A DNA stretch of 62,867 bases, the filler included, from Octopus bimaculoides (taxonomy: Eukaryota), in assembly GCF_001194135.2 (NCBI RefSeq). It is 6 parts of 5 records of this genome, joined end to end, with 100 filler letters (N's around TTAATTAATTAA, not from the genome) between each part and the next. Parts side by side here need not be neighbours in the genome. Positions count along the whole stretch, not along the records: positions 46,164 to 53,516 come from NC_069003.1; positions 53,617 to 61,141 come from NC_068996.1; 4 more parts are not named here. One strand, given 5' to 3'. The position numbers and the translations under genes were made by a program. How positions within the stretch are numbered: the stretch's first letter is position 1; each line of letters begins with the position of its first letter. Shown in pieces: positions 49,215 to 60,755 of this stretch. The notes under the pieces are model-generated. The model was not told the origin of the DNA, did no database searches, and saw only the letters and a program-made list of their open reading frames with translations.

Positions 49215-49895
49215 CTGAAAGGATGAAAGGCGAAGTCGACCTCGGCGGAATATGAACTCAGAACGTAAAGACAGACGAAATACCGCTAAGGATTTCGCCC
49301 AGCGTGCTAACGTTTCTTTATTGCCCACCAACGATTCTGCTTATAAAAATTCTTTTATATTCTGCTAATAAAAATTCTTTTATTGGCCACAAGGGATCAC
49401 ATACAAAACATTAACATACAACATAAAAGACAAAAATAGGACGATACCATGGGTTTTCGCGTGTACACAATGTAATAACAAAAATTGAACAAATTAAAAC
49501 CCCCCAATAGAGTCCAAAGAGCAGAGTTTCTGTCTTTAGCCCTTTAATAATAATAATTCTTTCTACTACAGGCACAAGGCTTGAAATTTTTGGGGAGGGG
49601 ACTAGTGGAATGTGAACTCGCAGCGTAGCGACGGACGAAATGCCGCTAAGCAATTTCGTCCAGCCTGCAAACATTTCTGCCAGCTTTTTTCCTAAATAAT
49701 AATAATAATCTTTTCTACTAAAGGCACAATGCCTGGAATTTGGGGGGAGGGGACCAGTCATTTACATGGACCCCAGTGTTTCACTGGTATTTAATTTATC
49801 AACTCCAAAAGGATAAATGGCAAGTCGATCCCGGTGGAACTTAAAGCTCAGAACGTAAAGCCGGACGAAATACCGTTCAGCCTTTTGTCCGGAGC
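49215..49895 (-). mobile_element. Three SINE family C copies just upstream of the trunk-like exon
   Basis: Reverse-complement matches at about 49215-49315, 49555-49690 and 49710-49895. Confidence 0.8.
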
Positions 49896-50000
49896 ATAAA
49901 AATAATAATTGTAAGAATAATAATAATAATTGTTGTAATAATATTGTTATAATTAAATGAAAGTTTTGTTAAAATTATATTTTAATTAATATATTAATAT

Positions 50001-50027
50001 ATTTTTTCTTTTTTTGTCTCCTTGCAG
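50001..50027 (+). promoter_or_regulatory. 3' splice acceptor immediately before the ATG
   Basis: Polypyrimidine tract ATTTTTTCTTTTTTTGTCTCCTTGCAG|ATG; AG at 50026-50027. Confidence 0.8.
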
Positions 50028-51332
50028 ATGCGATATCTCACACAGTCTCTAATGTTCAGAGTGATACTCTGTCTTATTCTCATACCAACTATCTTAGCTT
50101 ATCCGAAACCGATACTCGTGGAAAAGGCTAACCAGACGATCGTAGTGTTCCATACGGCTCCGTGTCGTCCGTTATCAAGGGACCAACTCCGAAGCCAGCT
50201 GGGAGAGGCTTACGACAAAGGCCGAATGGCTGAGGACGAACAAACGGTGAAGCGAAGCATTGAAGCGGCGACTTCGAACCCTCGTCGAGAAGAACAGTTG
50301 AATGATGCTGACATAGATGATGGTTACTTAAGTGACCAACCTATGAGCAGAAGACGACGTAACTATGGTGATACGGAATTTGGTAGACAAAAATATGACG
50401 ACGACGACGACTATGAAGAAAATGAATACGATGGTGATGACAGTGATTTAGGAGACGAAGACGACGATAGTGATGATGATGATGATCGTGATTACCATGA
50501 CGACGATGATGAGACATTTGATGATAACGATGAAGACGATGATAGTGATGATGATGATGATGATGATGATGGGTTTAAGGATGAAGACGACGATGGCAAT
50601 TTTAAACGTAATAATAATGGTAGAAAGAAAAATAGGAGGAAAACTGGTTCGAACAAGAATGGGCGTCGTCGCCACCGACGCAGGAATCAAAGGATTAGAA
50701 ATTTAGGTGGCGGCAAAATTCGTCGGAAAAGCAGACGAGAACATCTCACGTCTAAACGGCGACATTTTTATTCACAGATCAATCACAAATTGAAACCTCG
50801 CAAAAACAAAAGCAGACTTTCAGCAGATGCCCGCAAAAAGTCCCCCTATCTTAGATCGGGTCTTGTTCGTGGCAAGAGAGACGTCGGCAAATTGAACAAA
50901 CGAAACCAAACTAGAAAAACTGGTCCTTATATCAAAGTAACCATTTCAGTCAAACATCGAGGGCGACAGTTACAGCGTCACAAACGAACTGGTCGTGCAG
51001 CTGAAATGTCAGCCAATTGGCAGTGTGAAATGGAGACCGACTGGAAACGAATGGACGATGGATATTTTCCGCCATATTTACAAACTGGAAAGTGTAAATC
51101 AAAGTCTTGCTTCTTTGATTTCTACAGATGTATTCCCAAAAGATATACGATAAAAGTTCTCAAAAGAGATCCCTTCCGCTGTAACCCAATCCCCACGTTC
51201 GGACAAAACACCACTTACGAAGAAAAATGGATATTTGACAAATATCACGTGACTGTTTGTTGCCAATGTGGTAAAGCGAGACTGAGGACATCGAGACGCC
51301 GTCAAAGCAATCGGCGGTCAAGACCACGTTGA
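50028..51332 (+). CDS. trunk: Trunk/PTTH-family (Noggin-related) secreted cystine-knot growth factor precursor, 434 aa
   Basis: Signal peptide MRYLTQSLMFRVILCLILIPTILA. Prodomain motif CRPLSRDQLRSQLGEAYDKGRM (Trunk C..LS...L...LG.AF...M). Furin site RHKR. C-terminal WQC-x5-W...YFPPYLQTGKC...SCFFDFYRCIPKRYTIKVLKR...C...WIFDKYHVTVCCQC with 8 Cys in Trunk spacing (comparison to insect Trunk from memory). High CpG, varied codons, no stops. Confidence 0.9.
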   Translation: MRYLTQSLMFRVILCLILIPTILAYPKPILVEKANQTIVVFHTAPCRPLSRDQLRSQLGEAYDKGRMAEDEQTVKRSIEAATSNPRREEQLNDADIDDGYLSDQPMSRRRRNYGDTEFGRQKYDDDDDYEENEYDGDDSDLGDEDDDSDDDDDRDYHDDDDETFDDNDEDDDSDDDDDDDDGFKDEDDDGNFKRNNNGRKKNRRKTGSNKNGRRRHRRRNQRIRNLGGGKIRRKSRREHLTSKRRHFYSQINHKLKPRKNKSRLSADARKKSPYLRSGLVRGKRDVGKLNKRNQTRKTGPYIKVTISVKHRGRQLQRHKRTGRAAEMSANWQCEMETDWKRMDDGYFPPYLQTGKCKSKSCFFDFYRCIPKRYTIKVLKRDPFRCNPIPTFGQNTTYEEKWIFDKYHVTVCCQCGKARLRTSRRRQSNRRSRPR

Positions 51333-52124
51333 TGTAACGTCTGTTTTATTACTACTTTCTATTATTTTGCAACATTTATTAAAATGTAATGTTGCCCCGG
51401 GTTTTTTTATTAATTTAAAAAATATATATATACCAAAAAGCAAGCATACCAAATTTAAATAATTTAAAGAAAACAAGGATATGTGTGTGTGTATGTGTGT
51501 GTCTGTATATAAACACTGTGTGAATGGAAATAGATACATATATGTATGTATGTATGTATGTATATTTGTGACAGAAACGGATTGACAGTTGTATAGCGAC
51601 AAGGGGGATAAGGGCGAGAGAAAAGCTTTGAATGTGATGCAAGTGAAACGGAATTGGGCAGAAGACGGTTTGTGATTGTACATAAGCGTCGTGCCTAGAA
51701 ACGTTACATTTGAGTTATTCTTCTTGACATTGGAGAAGAAAACAGGGGACTTAGATCGCAACACAACACTCACAAATGCGGCGCGCGATGGCACACATTT
51801 ATGCGTGTGTGTACGCATGCATATATGCGTGTACATATGTGTCTATTTCTGTTTGTTTGCAATTACACTTTTATATTTAAATACATACAGATGCGTACAT
51901 ATGTATGCATGTGTGTACACAAATGTGTTAATATATATATTATGTATATATAATGTATGTATGTATATATACACGCACCGTTAGACTTATAAATATGTGA
52001 ACTGTAGTGTTTTTCTTTTTAATTGCGTATATGTGACCAAGTGTTTGTACGTATGTGTGTGTGTGTGTATGCAATATATTTATAATGTATTTATACTTAA
52101 ATGTAATGACTGAAAATGGTGTAA

Positions 52125-52130
52125 AATAAA
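52125..52130 (+). terminator. Candidate polyadenylation signal for the trunk-like mRNA (alternative ATTAAA at 51378-51383)
   Basis: AATAAA hexamer 0.8 kb after the stop; no transcript evidence available. Confidence 0.3.
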
Positions 52131-52236
52131 AAGCGTGGCTCGAGAAATATTAACGAAACATAACAGCAAAACAACTAGCATGACCGGAAGACAGTAACCA
52201 GGGTAATACACCAGACTGAGAGCCTCGTAAAATACA

Positions 52237-52278
<42 letters not shown>

Positions 52279-52288
52279 NNNNNNNNNN

Positions 52289-52330
<42 letters not shown>

Positions 52331-52804
52331 GTTGTGGCTATGATAAGCCAGACGACAGCAGTCACAGTGTGTGTGTGATCATGACGGCGGTTCGAGATTT
52401 CGCTTGTTGATTTCTTAACGCCAAATGTCTCCCAATAAAGACAACAATACCTTTTGACATTGTCAAGAGACTTGCTTTGAAACACAGACATATAGCGCCA
52501 CAATTATCATGTTATATTTTACCTTATTATAGTAGTTACCGACACACATATGTCTGCATATATATTTACGTATATATGTATATATATGTATGTATATGTA
52601 TGTATAGAACATACATACATCGACACCTAAGTACAGTTATGTGTTTGTGTGAGAGCGAGAGAAAGAATGAGATTCTGTGTGTACGTCTGTATTTATGTAT
52701 GTATGAATGTATGTATTTATATATATGAATGTTTATATAGGAATATAGGCCGTTGGATGGATTGAAGATAATTAATGGAGTGTATATAAATATATGTGCC
52801 TGGA

Positions 52805-52886
<82 letters not shown>

Positions 52887-53382
52887 AGATTCATTGTTTG
52901 TCTGCGCATGTAATAGCATTTCTGTGTACTTACGTATAATCATGTAAATAGATAAGAATGTATGCGTGAAAAGAGGTGGCAGATTGCTAAATGAAAGGAA
53001 ACACATTTAAGACATACGTTACCACATAAAAATGAAATACAAAATATACAATACAAAATAACATGTTTATAACGGAGTTGTAGTTGACTCCCATTTGTGA
53101 TAAAAAAAAAATGCCGTAATTATTAATAATAGCAGACTTCAAGATACGTACATATATATATATATATGTATGTATGTATATACGATGTATGTACGCAATT
53201 CTTTTTAAAGAAAAGAAACGAGCAAATATATATATATAAAAAAAGACGTATACGAATGTCAAAGAAAAAAAAAGACGATAATGAACATATATACACACAA
53301 TTTGTGGATTAACAAGGCAAGCAATGGTTTCATGTGGAAAACGTCTCCACAGTTGTTCAGGCTTACGACGTTCGATACTAGC

Positions 53383-53432
<50 letters not shown>

Positions 53433-53516
53433 CAAAGAATAAAATATGAAACAACGTATGACTTATTTTGAGAATTATATATGAAAGAAAATGCGTTTCA
53501 ATATCCTAAAGTGGAA

Positions 53517-53616
53517 NNNNNNNNNNNNNNNNNNNNNNNNNNNNNNNNNNNNNNNNNNNNTTAATTAATTAANNNNNNNNNNNNNNNNNNNNNNNNNNNN
53601 NNNNNNNNNNNNNNNN
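53517..53616. other. Assembly linker (44 N + TTAATTAATTAA + 44 N)
   Basis: Artefact. Confidence 0.95.
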
Positions 53617-53921
53617 AAACACATATACTTAAGACTTATTTGTGATCTGAACATAACCGCTTCTTACACAGAGAATCGGGAGCCCTTTTGGGCATTCTAT
53701 TTTCCTTGCTGGAAGGGTTCCCAACCCATGGGCAAAGAGGAGTTAGATGATGGGGATGGTGTTTTCAAAGGGCTGGCATGTGTAACCTGATCACCTCTGC
53801 CGATCAAACTCCCAACCCATGCACTCCCGTCGCGACACTGATTCTACCCAAATTTGATGTTGATGTTACTTAGTTTGGTTTGAAATAAAAAACTTCATTA
53901 GTTTGATAATCCTAACATAAT

Positions 53922-53948
53922 CCCGGGCAAAGCTGGGCTATACTGCTA

Positions 53949-53949
<1 letters not shown>
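53922..53949 (+). mobile_element. Helitron-type 3' terminus
   Basis: Hairpin CCCGG-GCAAAG-CTGGG, then CTATACTG-CTAG|T. Confidence 0.65.
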
Positions 53950-53991
<42 letters not shown>

Positions 53992-54012
53992 TATATATAT
54001 ACATATACATAT

Positions 54013-54046
<34 letters not shown>

Positions 54047-54907
54047 AATAAGTAACAAACATGTACAAGTGTTAATACATTACGGCTGTTTTAAATGGCT
54101 CCATTTAATTGATTAATGAAAACATTACATCAGTTTGAATGAAACCATTCTCTTCAGATGACCATATAGATTTCAAGCATAATGGATAAACCATTTTTAA
54201 CAAATTTACATCAATAATAGAAACCAAAATAGTTACATTGTTTCCTTATGTTATATTTGTGACCAGAATGAGTTTAGAAAAGAATGTATATCTTATGAAT
54301 CCTATTATAATTTAGAGAGTTACAGAGGAAAATAGTGGGGGTCAAGATAAAAGAGTGGTGGGGCAGATATTTATATTTAGATTTTATGAAGCATGCNNNN
54401 NNNNNNNNNNNNNNGGGGGGGGGGGGTCTTCAACCATTTAGAACTAAATCCATTGGAAGTTGTCAACTGTATTCTAGTTGATAGTGATAAATCAATTAAT
54501 GTCAGACAATCTCCTGGACCCTCATTATACAGGGAACCATATATCTAGCTTTATCTACATAGAAGGATATGTCACAGAGCTGCTAGTATGAGAATGACTG
54601 ATGGTGAAGAGGTGGTAACTAGAGGGAATGATAGGGGAATATAAAGAAAAACAAAGGAGATAAGTAATATAAGCTTTGAGGGTAGAAATTAGAATTGAAG
54701 GACACGATGGGGGTAGTAATTTATAACTTGGCAAATTTATTATATCAAATTGAGAGAATTTAAATAAATATATAGAAAAAGGATAGAATTTAAACTTAAA
54801 ACCTAACCAAACTATACTGAACTGGTAGGGTGCCTCAATTTAAGTGCCTAATTCAACTGACTCTGTACTATATAGATATATACATGATTATATATAATAT
54901 ATATATA

Positions 54908-56250
54908 TCATCATCATCATCATCATCGTTTAACGTCCGCTTTCCATGCTAGCATGGGTTGGACGATTTGACTGAGGACTGGTGAAACCGGATGGCAACA
55001 CCAGGCTCCAGTCTGATTTGGCAGAGTTTCTACAGCTGGATGCCCTTCCTAACGCCAACCACTCAGAGAGTGTAGTGGGTGCTTTTACGTGTCACCCGCA
55101 CGAAAACGGCCACGCTCGAAATGGTGTCTTTTATGTGCCNNNNNNNNNNNNNNNNNNNNNNNNNNNNNNNNNNNNNNNNNNNNNNNNNNNNNNNNNNNNN
55201 NNNNNNNNNNNNNNNNNNNNNNNNNNNNNNNNNNNNNNNNNNNNNNNNNNNNNNNNNNNNNNNNNNNNNNNNNNNNNNNNNNNNNNNNNNNNNNNNNNNN
55301 NNNNNNNNNNNNNNNNNNNNNNNNNNNNNNNNNNNNNNNNNNNNNNNNNNNNNNNNNNNNNNNNNNNNNNNNNNNNNNNNNNNNNNNNNNNNNNNNNNNN
55401 NNNNNNNNNNNNNNNNNNNNNNNNNNNNNNNNNNNNNNNNNNNNNNNNNNNNNNNNNNNNNNNNNNNNNNNNNNNNNNNNNNNNNNNNNNNNNNNNNNNN
55501 NNNNNNNNNNNNNNNNNNNNNNNNNNNNNNNNNNNNNNNNNNNNNNNNNNNNNNNNNNNNNNNNNNNNNNNNNNNNNNNNNNNNNNNNNNNNNNNNNNNN
55601 NNNNNNNNNNNNNNNNNNNNNNNNNNNNNNNNNNNNNNNNNNNNNNNNNNNNNNNNNNNNNNNNNNNNNNNNNNNNNNNNNNNNNNNNNNNNNNNNNNNN
55701 NNNNNNNNNNNNNNNNNNNNNNNNNNNNNNNNNNNNNNNNNNNNNNNNNNNNNNNNNNNNNNNNNNNNNNNNNNNNNNNNNNNNNNNNNNNNNNNNNNNN
55801 NNNNNNNNNNNNNNNNNNNNNNNNNNNNNNNNNNNNNNNNNNNNNNNNNNNNNNNNNNNNNNNNNNNNNNNNNNNNNNNNNNNNNNNNNNNNNNNNNNNN
55901 NNNNNNNNNNNNNNNNNNNNNNNNNNNNNNNNNNNNNNNNNNNNNNNNNNNNNNNNNNNNNNNNNNNNNNNNNNNNNNNNNNNNNNNNNNNNNACAGCCC
56001 ATGTTTCACTGCCATGTAGCATGGTTGTTCGTACGCATGCGTCATACAGTCTGCCTTTTACTCTGAGTGAGAGTCCCTTTGTCGCCAGCAGGGGTAAGAG
56101 CTCTCTAAACTTTGCCCAGGCTATTCTTATTCTAGCAGCTACACTTTCAGCGCACCCACCCCCACTACTAACTTGGTCGCCCAGATAGTGGAAGCTATCG
56201 ACTACCTCTAGTTTTTCACCCTGGAATGAGATAGAAGTTGTTTCCTGTTT
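54908..56250 (-). mobile_element. 5'-truncated RTE LINE (middle in N gap)
   Basis: Minus translation LEVVDSFHYLGDQVSSGGGCAESVAARIRIAWAKFRELL...KGRLYDACVRTTMLHGSETW; the shared 3' UTR and (GAT)n lie at 54908-55139. Confidence 0.9.
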
Positions 56251-56255
56251 GTTTA

Positions 56256-56311
<56 letters not shown>

Positions 56312-56490
56312 AGATAGATATATATATACATAATACACATACGCGCACACATATACATAAAATAGAGAAGATATTCGTAAGGGATTATCAATCCAGGCAA
56401 GATATTTTATAAACTCTATGTTAAATCACCAAGCTAACAATGTTGTTTAGATTCGTGAAGATCTCTAAATGCTCTTGTGACAGAAGAATC

Positions 56491-56542
<52 letters not shown>

Positions 56543-56548
56543 CATACA

Positions 56549-57391
56549 CAGGGTGCTGTGAGTAAATTCGCAAAAATTAAAATAACACTGAGATCTCATT
56601 TTAACACAATATATTTACCAAAATTCCATAAAAATATCTTGAAATACTAAAGAGTAAATTTATTCAATAAAATTACCATTGGCTTCAAACACAGCCTCCA
56701 GACAACTTCAGAATCTCCTGCAACTCTCTGGATGGTCTCCTTGTTTAAGTTGGTGAATGCTGCCATAATCCTTGACTTCAGTTCATCTTTGGTGTTACAA
56801 AGAGTTTTGTTGGTCCCTCATTCAACTGCGCCCTACACATAATAATCAAGTGGGTTGCAGTCTGGGGAGTTAGGTGGTCAGATGTTAGAGGTGGGGTGGT
56901 TGCAGAAATTGTCTGACAGCCATGACTGGGTTCTCCTGCTTGTGTGGCATGGTGCAGAGTCCTGTTGCCAGATATAGGGTCTTCCAGTAGCCACCCTCTT
57001 AACTCAGGACAGCACTACCTCCTCCAGGTACTTAATGTAGGCCTCTGTGTTGAGCCTGAGGCCATGTAGGAAGATGAATGGAGGCATAACGTCGCCATCA
57101 CTTGTGATCACTTCAAACACCATGATGTCGACTGGATGTTTGATTTTTATCACTTTCGGTACATGTTTTGGGGACATGGCAAGCTAACGGTTGTTCTGTG
57201 TTCACCATCTGATCCTGCTGGAAACTTTTCTCATCAGAGAAAAATCAAAGCATGTTCAGGTAGAAGGGATGCTTGAGTTTGTTCAAAAGTTTTGTAGCAC
57301 AGTCTTTCCTCTTGTCCTTCATGGCTTTGGATAAAAATTGGCCCTTTCTCATCTTGTATGAAGAATACAGAATGCCTTCATGCACTATCTG
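56549..57391 (-). mobile_element. maT-type (DD37D) transposon relic
   Basis: Minus translation FFSDEK...VITSDGDVMPPFIF...WQQDSAPCH...PPNSPDCNPLDY with in-frame stops; terminal CAGGGTG at 56549. Confidence 0.9.
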
Positions 57392-57392
57392 C

Positions 57393-57866
57393 CAAAAATC
57401 GGCATTGTGAAATCCCCCCCCCTTTTCCCCCCAACTTCTTCAATTTTGACTTTTTTCCCCAATACTAACCCTAAAACCCTAGCCCTAACCCTAACTCTAA
57501 CTCTAAAACCCTAACCCTAACCCTAAAACCCTAACCCTTTATATACACTAACCCTTTATACAGTTGGAGTAATTTAGAAATGTCGATTTTTGCCAATTTT
57601 TTTGCAGATTCATATTCCCTGTAGCTGAAAAGGGGGGTTTCTGTCAAAAAAAGAAATTTCCAGAAAGACTGGTTCTTGGGGGAGGGGGGGTGAAGCAGTT
57701 TTCTGACGGGAGGACGGGAGTTATTTCCATACAGCTGGAGGCTCCAATCAAAAAAGGCGACCCGAAATGATAAGGTTGAGAAACGCTGTTAAAGATTATG
57801 CCTAACCGAAAATGATCACAGCCACATCATCCAAACAGACTGGGTGAAACTGGGCTTAGCTGCTAG
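57393..57866 (+). mobile_element. Probable non-autonomous Helitron-like element with internal CCCTAA tract (57465-57556)
   Basis: Degenerate telomere-like repeats; ends ACTGGGTGAAACTGGGCTTAGCTGCTAG|T, like 53922-53950. Confidence 0.5.
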
Positions 57867-57928
57867 TATATATATATATATATATATATCCAAGTTTGCA
57901 TGACTGTGTAGAGAAGAATATATTAATC

Positions 57929-57959
<31 letters not shown>

Positions 57960-58184
57960 GATGTGTGTATTTTTCCCTTGTTAACAATTAACATAATCAC
58001 TATACGTATCCACCATATTCTGTTAAAATGTCTTATTGACGAGTTTCATTTCTTCATTTTGCTGAAGAGAAGATTACATTGTTTTACACCATTTTATTCC
58101 TTTGGAATAATACCAATGACATCTTTGAAACATGTGTCAGAAGTAAAAGAATTTGAATAACACCTGCGTTTAACTCCATTTATG

Positions 58185-58257
<73 letters not shown>

Positions 58258-58261
58258 CATA

Positions 58262-59330
58262 TATATATCAACACAATTTTGCCATTTTATCCGTAGCTTA
58301 GTTATGCTGACAGTGAAAAATTCTGGAGAGCATGAGGTGATGAAATCAATAAAAGGCTGTTTTTGCATCTTCTTCAGATTTGAAATTTTTCCTGCAGATA
58401 AGTTGTCTAATGTCTGGAAAATGTGATAGTCAGTTGGTGCAAGGTTTAGTGAATATGGTGGATGATAGTGTAATTCCAAGTTCACTTCCTGAAACTTGAG
58501 TAACGCTCTTTGTGCAACATGTGGTTGAGCATTGTCATGTAAGAGAATTGGCCTGCCTCTATTGACCAATCTCAGTTGTTGAATTGCAAGTTCACTCATC
58601 ATTTCATTTTGTTGGTTGATGTATACATCTGCTGTAATTGACTTACCAGGTCTCATGAAGCTGTAGTGGATGACACCAGTGCTAGACCACCAAACAGGCA
58701 CCATTAGCTTCTTCTGGTGAATATTCTTTTTTGGATTGGGTTTTGGCACTTTATCCGATCACCAAACAGAACATTTGCTATTGTTATAAAGAATCCATTT
58801 TTCATCACACATAACAATACGATGCAAAAATGGTTTACTTGTATGCCGTGACAGCAAAGAACAGCAAGTTTCAAGACAACATGTCATTTGATGCTCGTTC
58901 AGTTTATGTAGTACCCACTTGTCCAGCTTCTTTATCTTGCCAGTTTGTTTCAGATGGTCCAATACAGTTGGAATTGAAACATCAAACCTTGCCACTAACT
59001 CATGCGTAGTTTGAGATGTATCCACTTCCACTACAGTTTTCAGCTCATCATTATCCACCTTGGTCTCAGGTCTACCACAGGACTGATTTTCAAGAGTAAA
59101 GTCGCCAGACCAGAACTTCTCAAACCATCAATGTACAGTGCACCCATTTGCCACATCTTCACCAGACACCTCATTGATGTTTCGAGCTGTCTGAGATGCA
59201 TTGGTTCCATGACAGAACTCATGTTCATAAACAACACAAATTTTTGATCTATCTATGGGTTCACAAAAATTGATTTACAAAAAAAACTCACAATATAATC
59301 AGACACCATGAATCGCATTTTGAAAAATGA
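58262..59330 (-). mobile_element. Mariner (DD34D, Hsmar1/cecropia-like) transposase relic
   Basis: DKWVLHKL, IVMCDEKWILYNN, KKLMVPVWWS, LLHDNAQPH, HPPYSLNLAPTDYHIF; frameshifts present; 3' end lost in (TA)n. Confidence 0.9.
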
Positions 59331-59450
59331 TGATGTAACTCTTCAATGCTGTAAAACAAAGAATTGTCAGGATAAAACATTAGAGTTAACAACAGTCAAA
59401 CTTGGTGCATAAGAAAATCAGACATTTCATTCATAATGAACTGGTATATA

Positions 59451-59497
<47 letters not shown>

Positions 59498-60144
59498 NNN
59501 NNNNNNNNNNNNNNNNNNNNNNNNNNNNNNNNNNNNNNNNNNNNNNNNNNNNNNNNNNNNNNNNNNNNNNNNNNNNNNNNNNNNNNNNNNNNNNNNNNNN
59601 NNNNNNNNNNNNNNNNTATATATATATATATATATATTCATAAAAATATATATATTCATATATATATATAGGGAGAGAATGCAAAAGAATGGTGAATTAT
59701 ACATTCTATAATCTTATGTGCATTTTGGATACATTGATATTGCATAATTCTGTTATTTATTAATCCCAAATATTAATCAATCAAATATGGATCGATTAAT
59801 ATCCAGGATTAGTGAATCGCAGAATTATGCAATACCAATGTATCTGAAAAGCACATAAGATTAAAAATGCATAATTCTCCAATCTTTTGTGTTTTCTAAT
59901 GTACTCTGTGACCTTATACTGAAGGTTTTCATGTATGAGCTTTGGATTTACAAACTAGACAGGCAGTGGAAAATACTTCTACAGACTATGTAGAGATAAT
60001 GAGGATTTTCACTGGTCAATTTGGCCACTTAAGTTTGAGACTGACAGAGTGCTTAAAAACTACTCACCTGGACTTTTTAATCCTGTTTTCTTCTTTGTAT
60101 AAAATGAGAGAGTGCTGAAAATTTCTAGCTTTGGGTAAAAGAAA

Positions 60145-60245
60145 ATACAGGATCAGTTAATTGTGACTTTATTTAACATATTCCCCTCTCAGATTTACAT
60201 ACTTATTACAGTGGTCCTTCAGTTTTTGTAAGCCCTGTAAAAGAA
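60145..60245 (-). mobile_element. Mariner 3' terminal fragment
   Basis: Minus frame GLQKLKDHCNKYVNLRGEYVK*. Confidence 0.55.
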
Positions 60246-60546
60246 CTCCAACCAGACCTTTTGTTACATTTCTCAGTTTTTTCCGTCCTTGATTTCTTAT
60301 ACATTTGCTGCTTTCTTCCAAGGAATCTAATGTTCTTAGCTTAGTTTTTCCTTAGAGCTGGCCAGATTGGAACAATCTCGAGTATAACCAGCCAAAATTG
60401 CAAAGATAATCTGGAACTCAACTGAGGATAGAAAACTCCGAATGACCCATCCTTGTTTTTTTGTATCATCTGTCTGGATGTTTTAGTTGTCTCTTTTTTG
60501 TATCACTTAACTGTCTGGATGTTTTGTGTTCTTGTNNNNNNNNNNT

Positions 60547-60755
60547 TTATGTGCCACCGGCACGAGGGCCAGTCTGGCGGTACTGGCAACGGCCAAGCTC
60601 AAATATTATTTTTTTATGTGCCACCTGCACAAGAATCAGTCAAGCAGCACTGGCAATGACCTTGCTCGAATGTTTTGCTCACATGCCACCAGCACCAGTG
60701 CCAGTAAGGCAATGCTGGTAATGATCACGCTCAAATGGTGCTTTTTATGTGCCAT
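60547..60755 (-). mobile_element. RTE 3' UTR internal repeat fragment
   Basis: GTGCCACCGGCACGAGGGCCAGTC..GGCGGTACTGGCAACGGCC motif. Confidence 0.75.

Noticed and set aside
50376-50393. ATTTGGTAGACA inside the CDS matches SINE A
   Set aside because: Only about 12 nt with no flanking similarity; expected by chance.
50028-51332. Calling the gene canonical Noggin
   Set aside because: It ends CCxC and has YFPxY and Y.C.P..(Y/F)TIKVL, which are Trunk-type. It lacks Noggin's N-terminal BMP-binding clip and CKCSC end.
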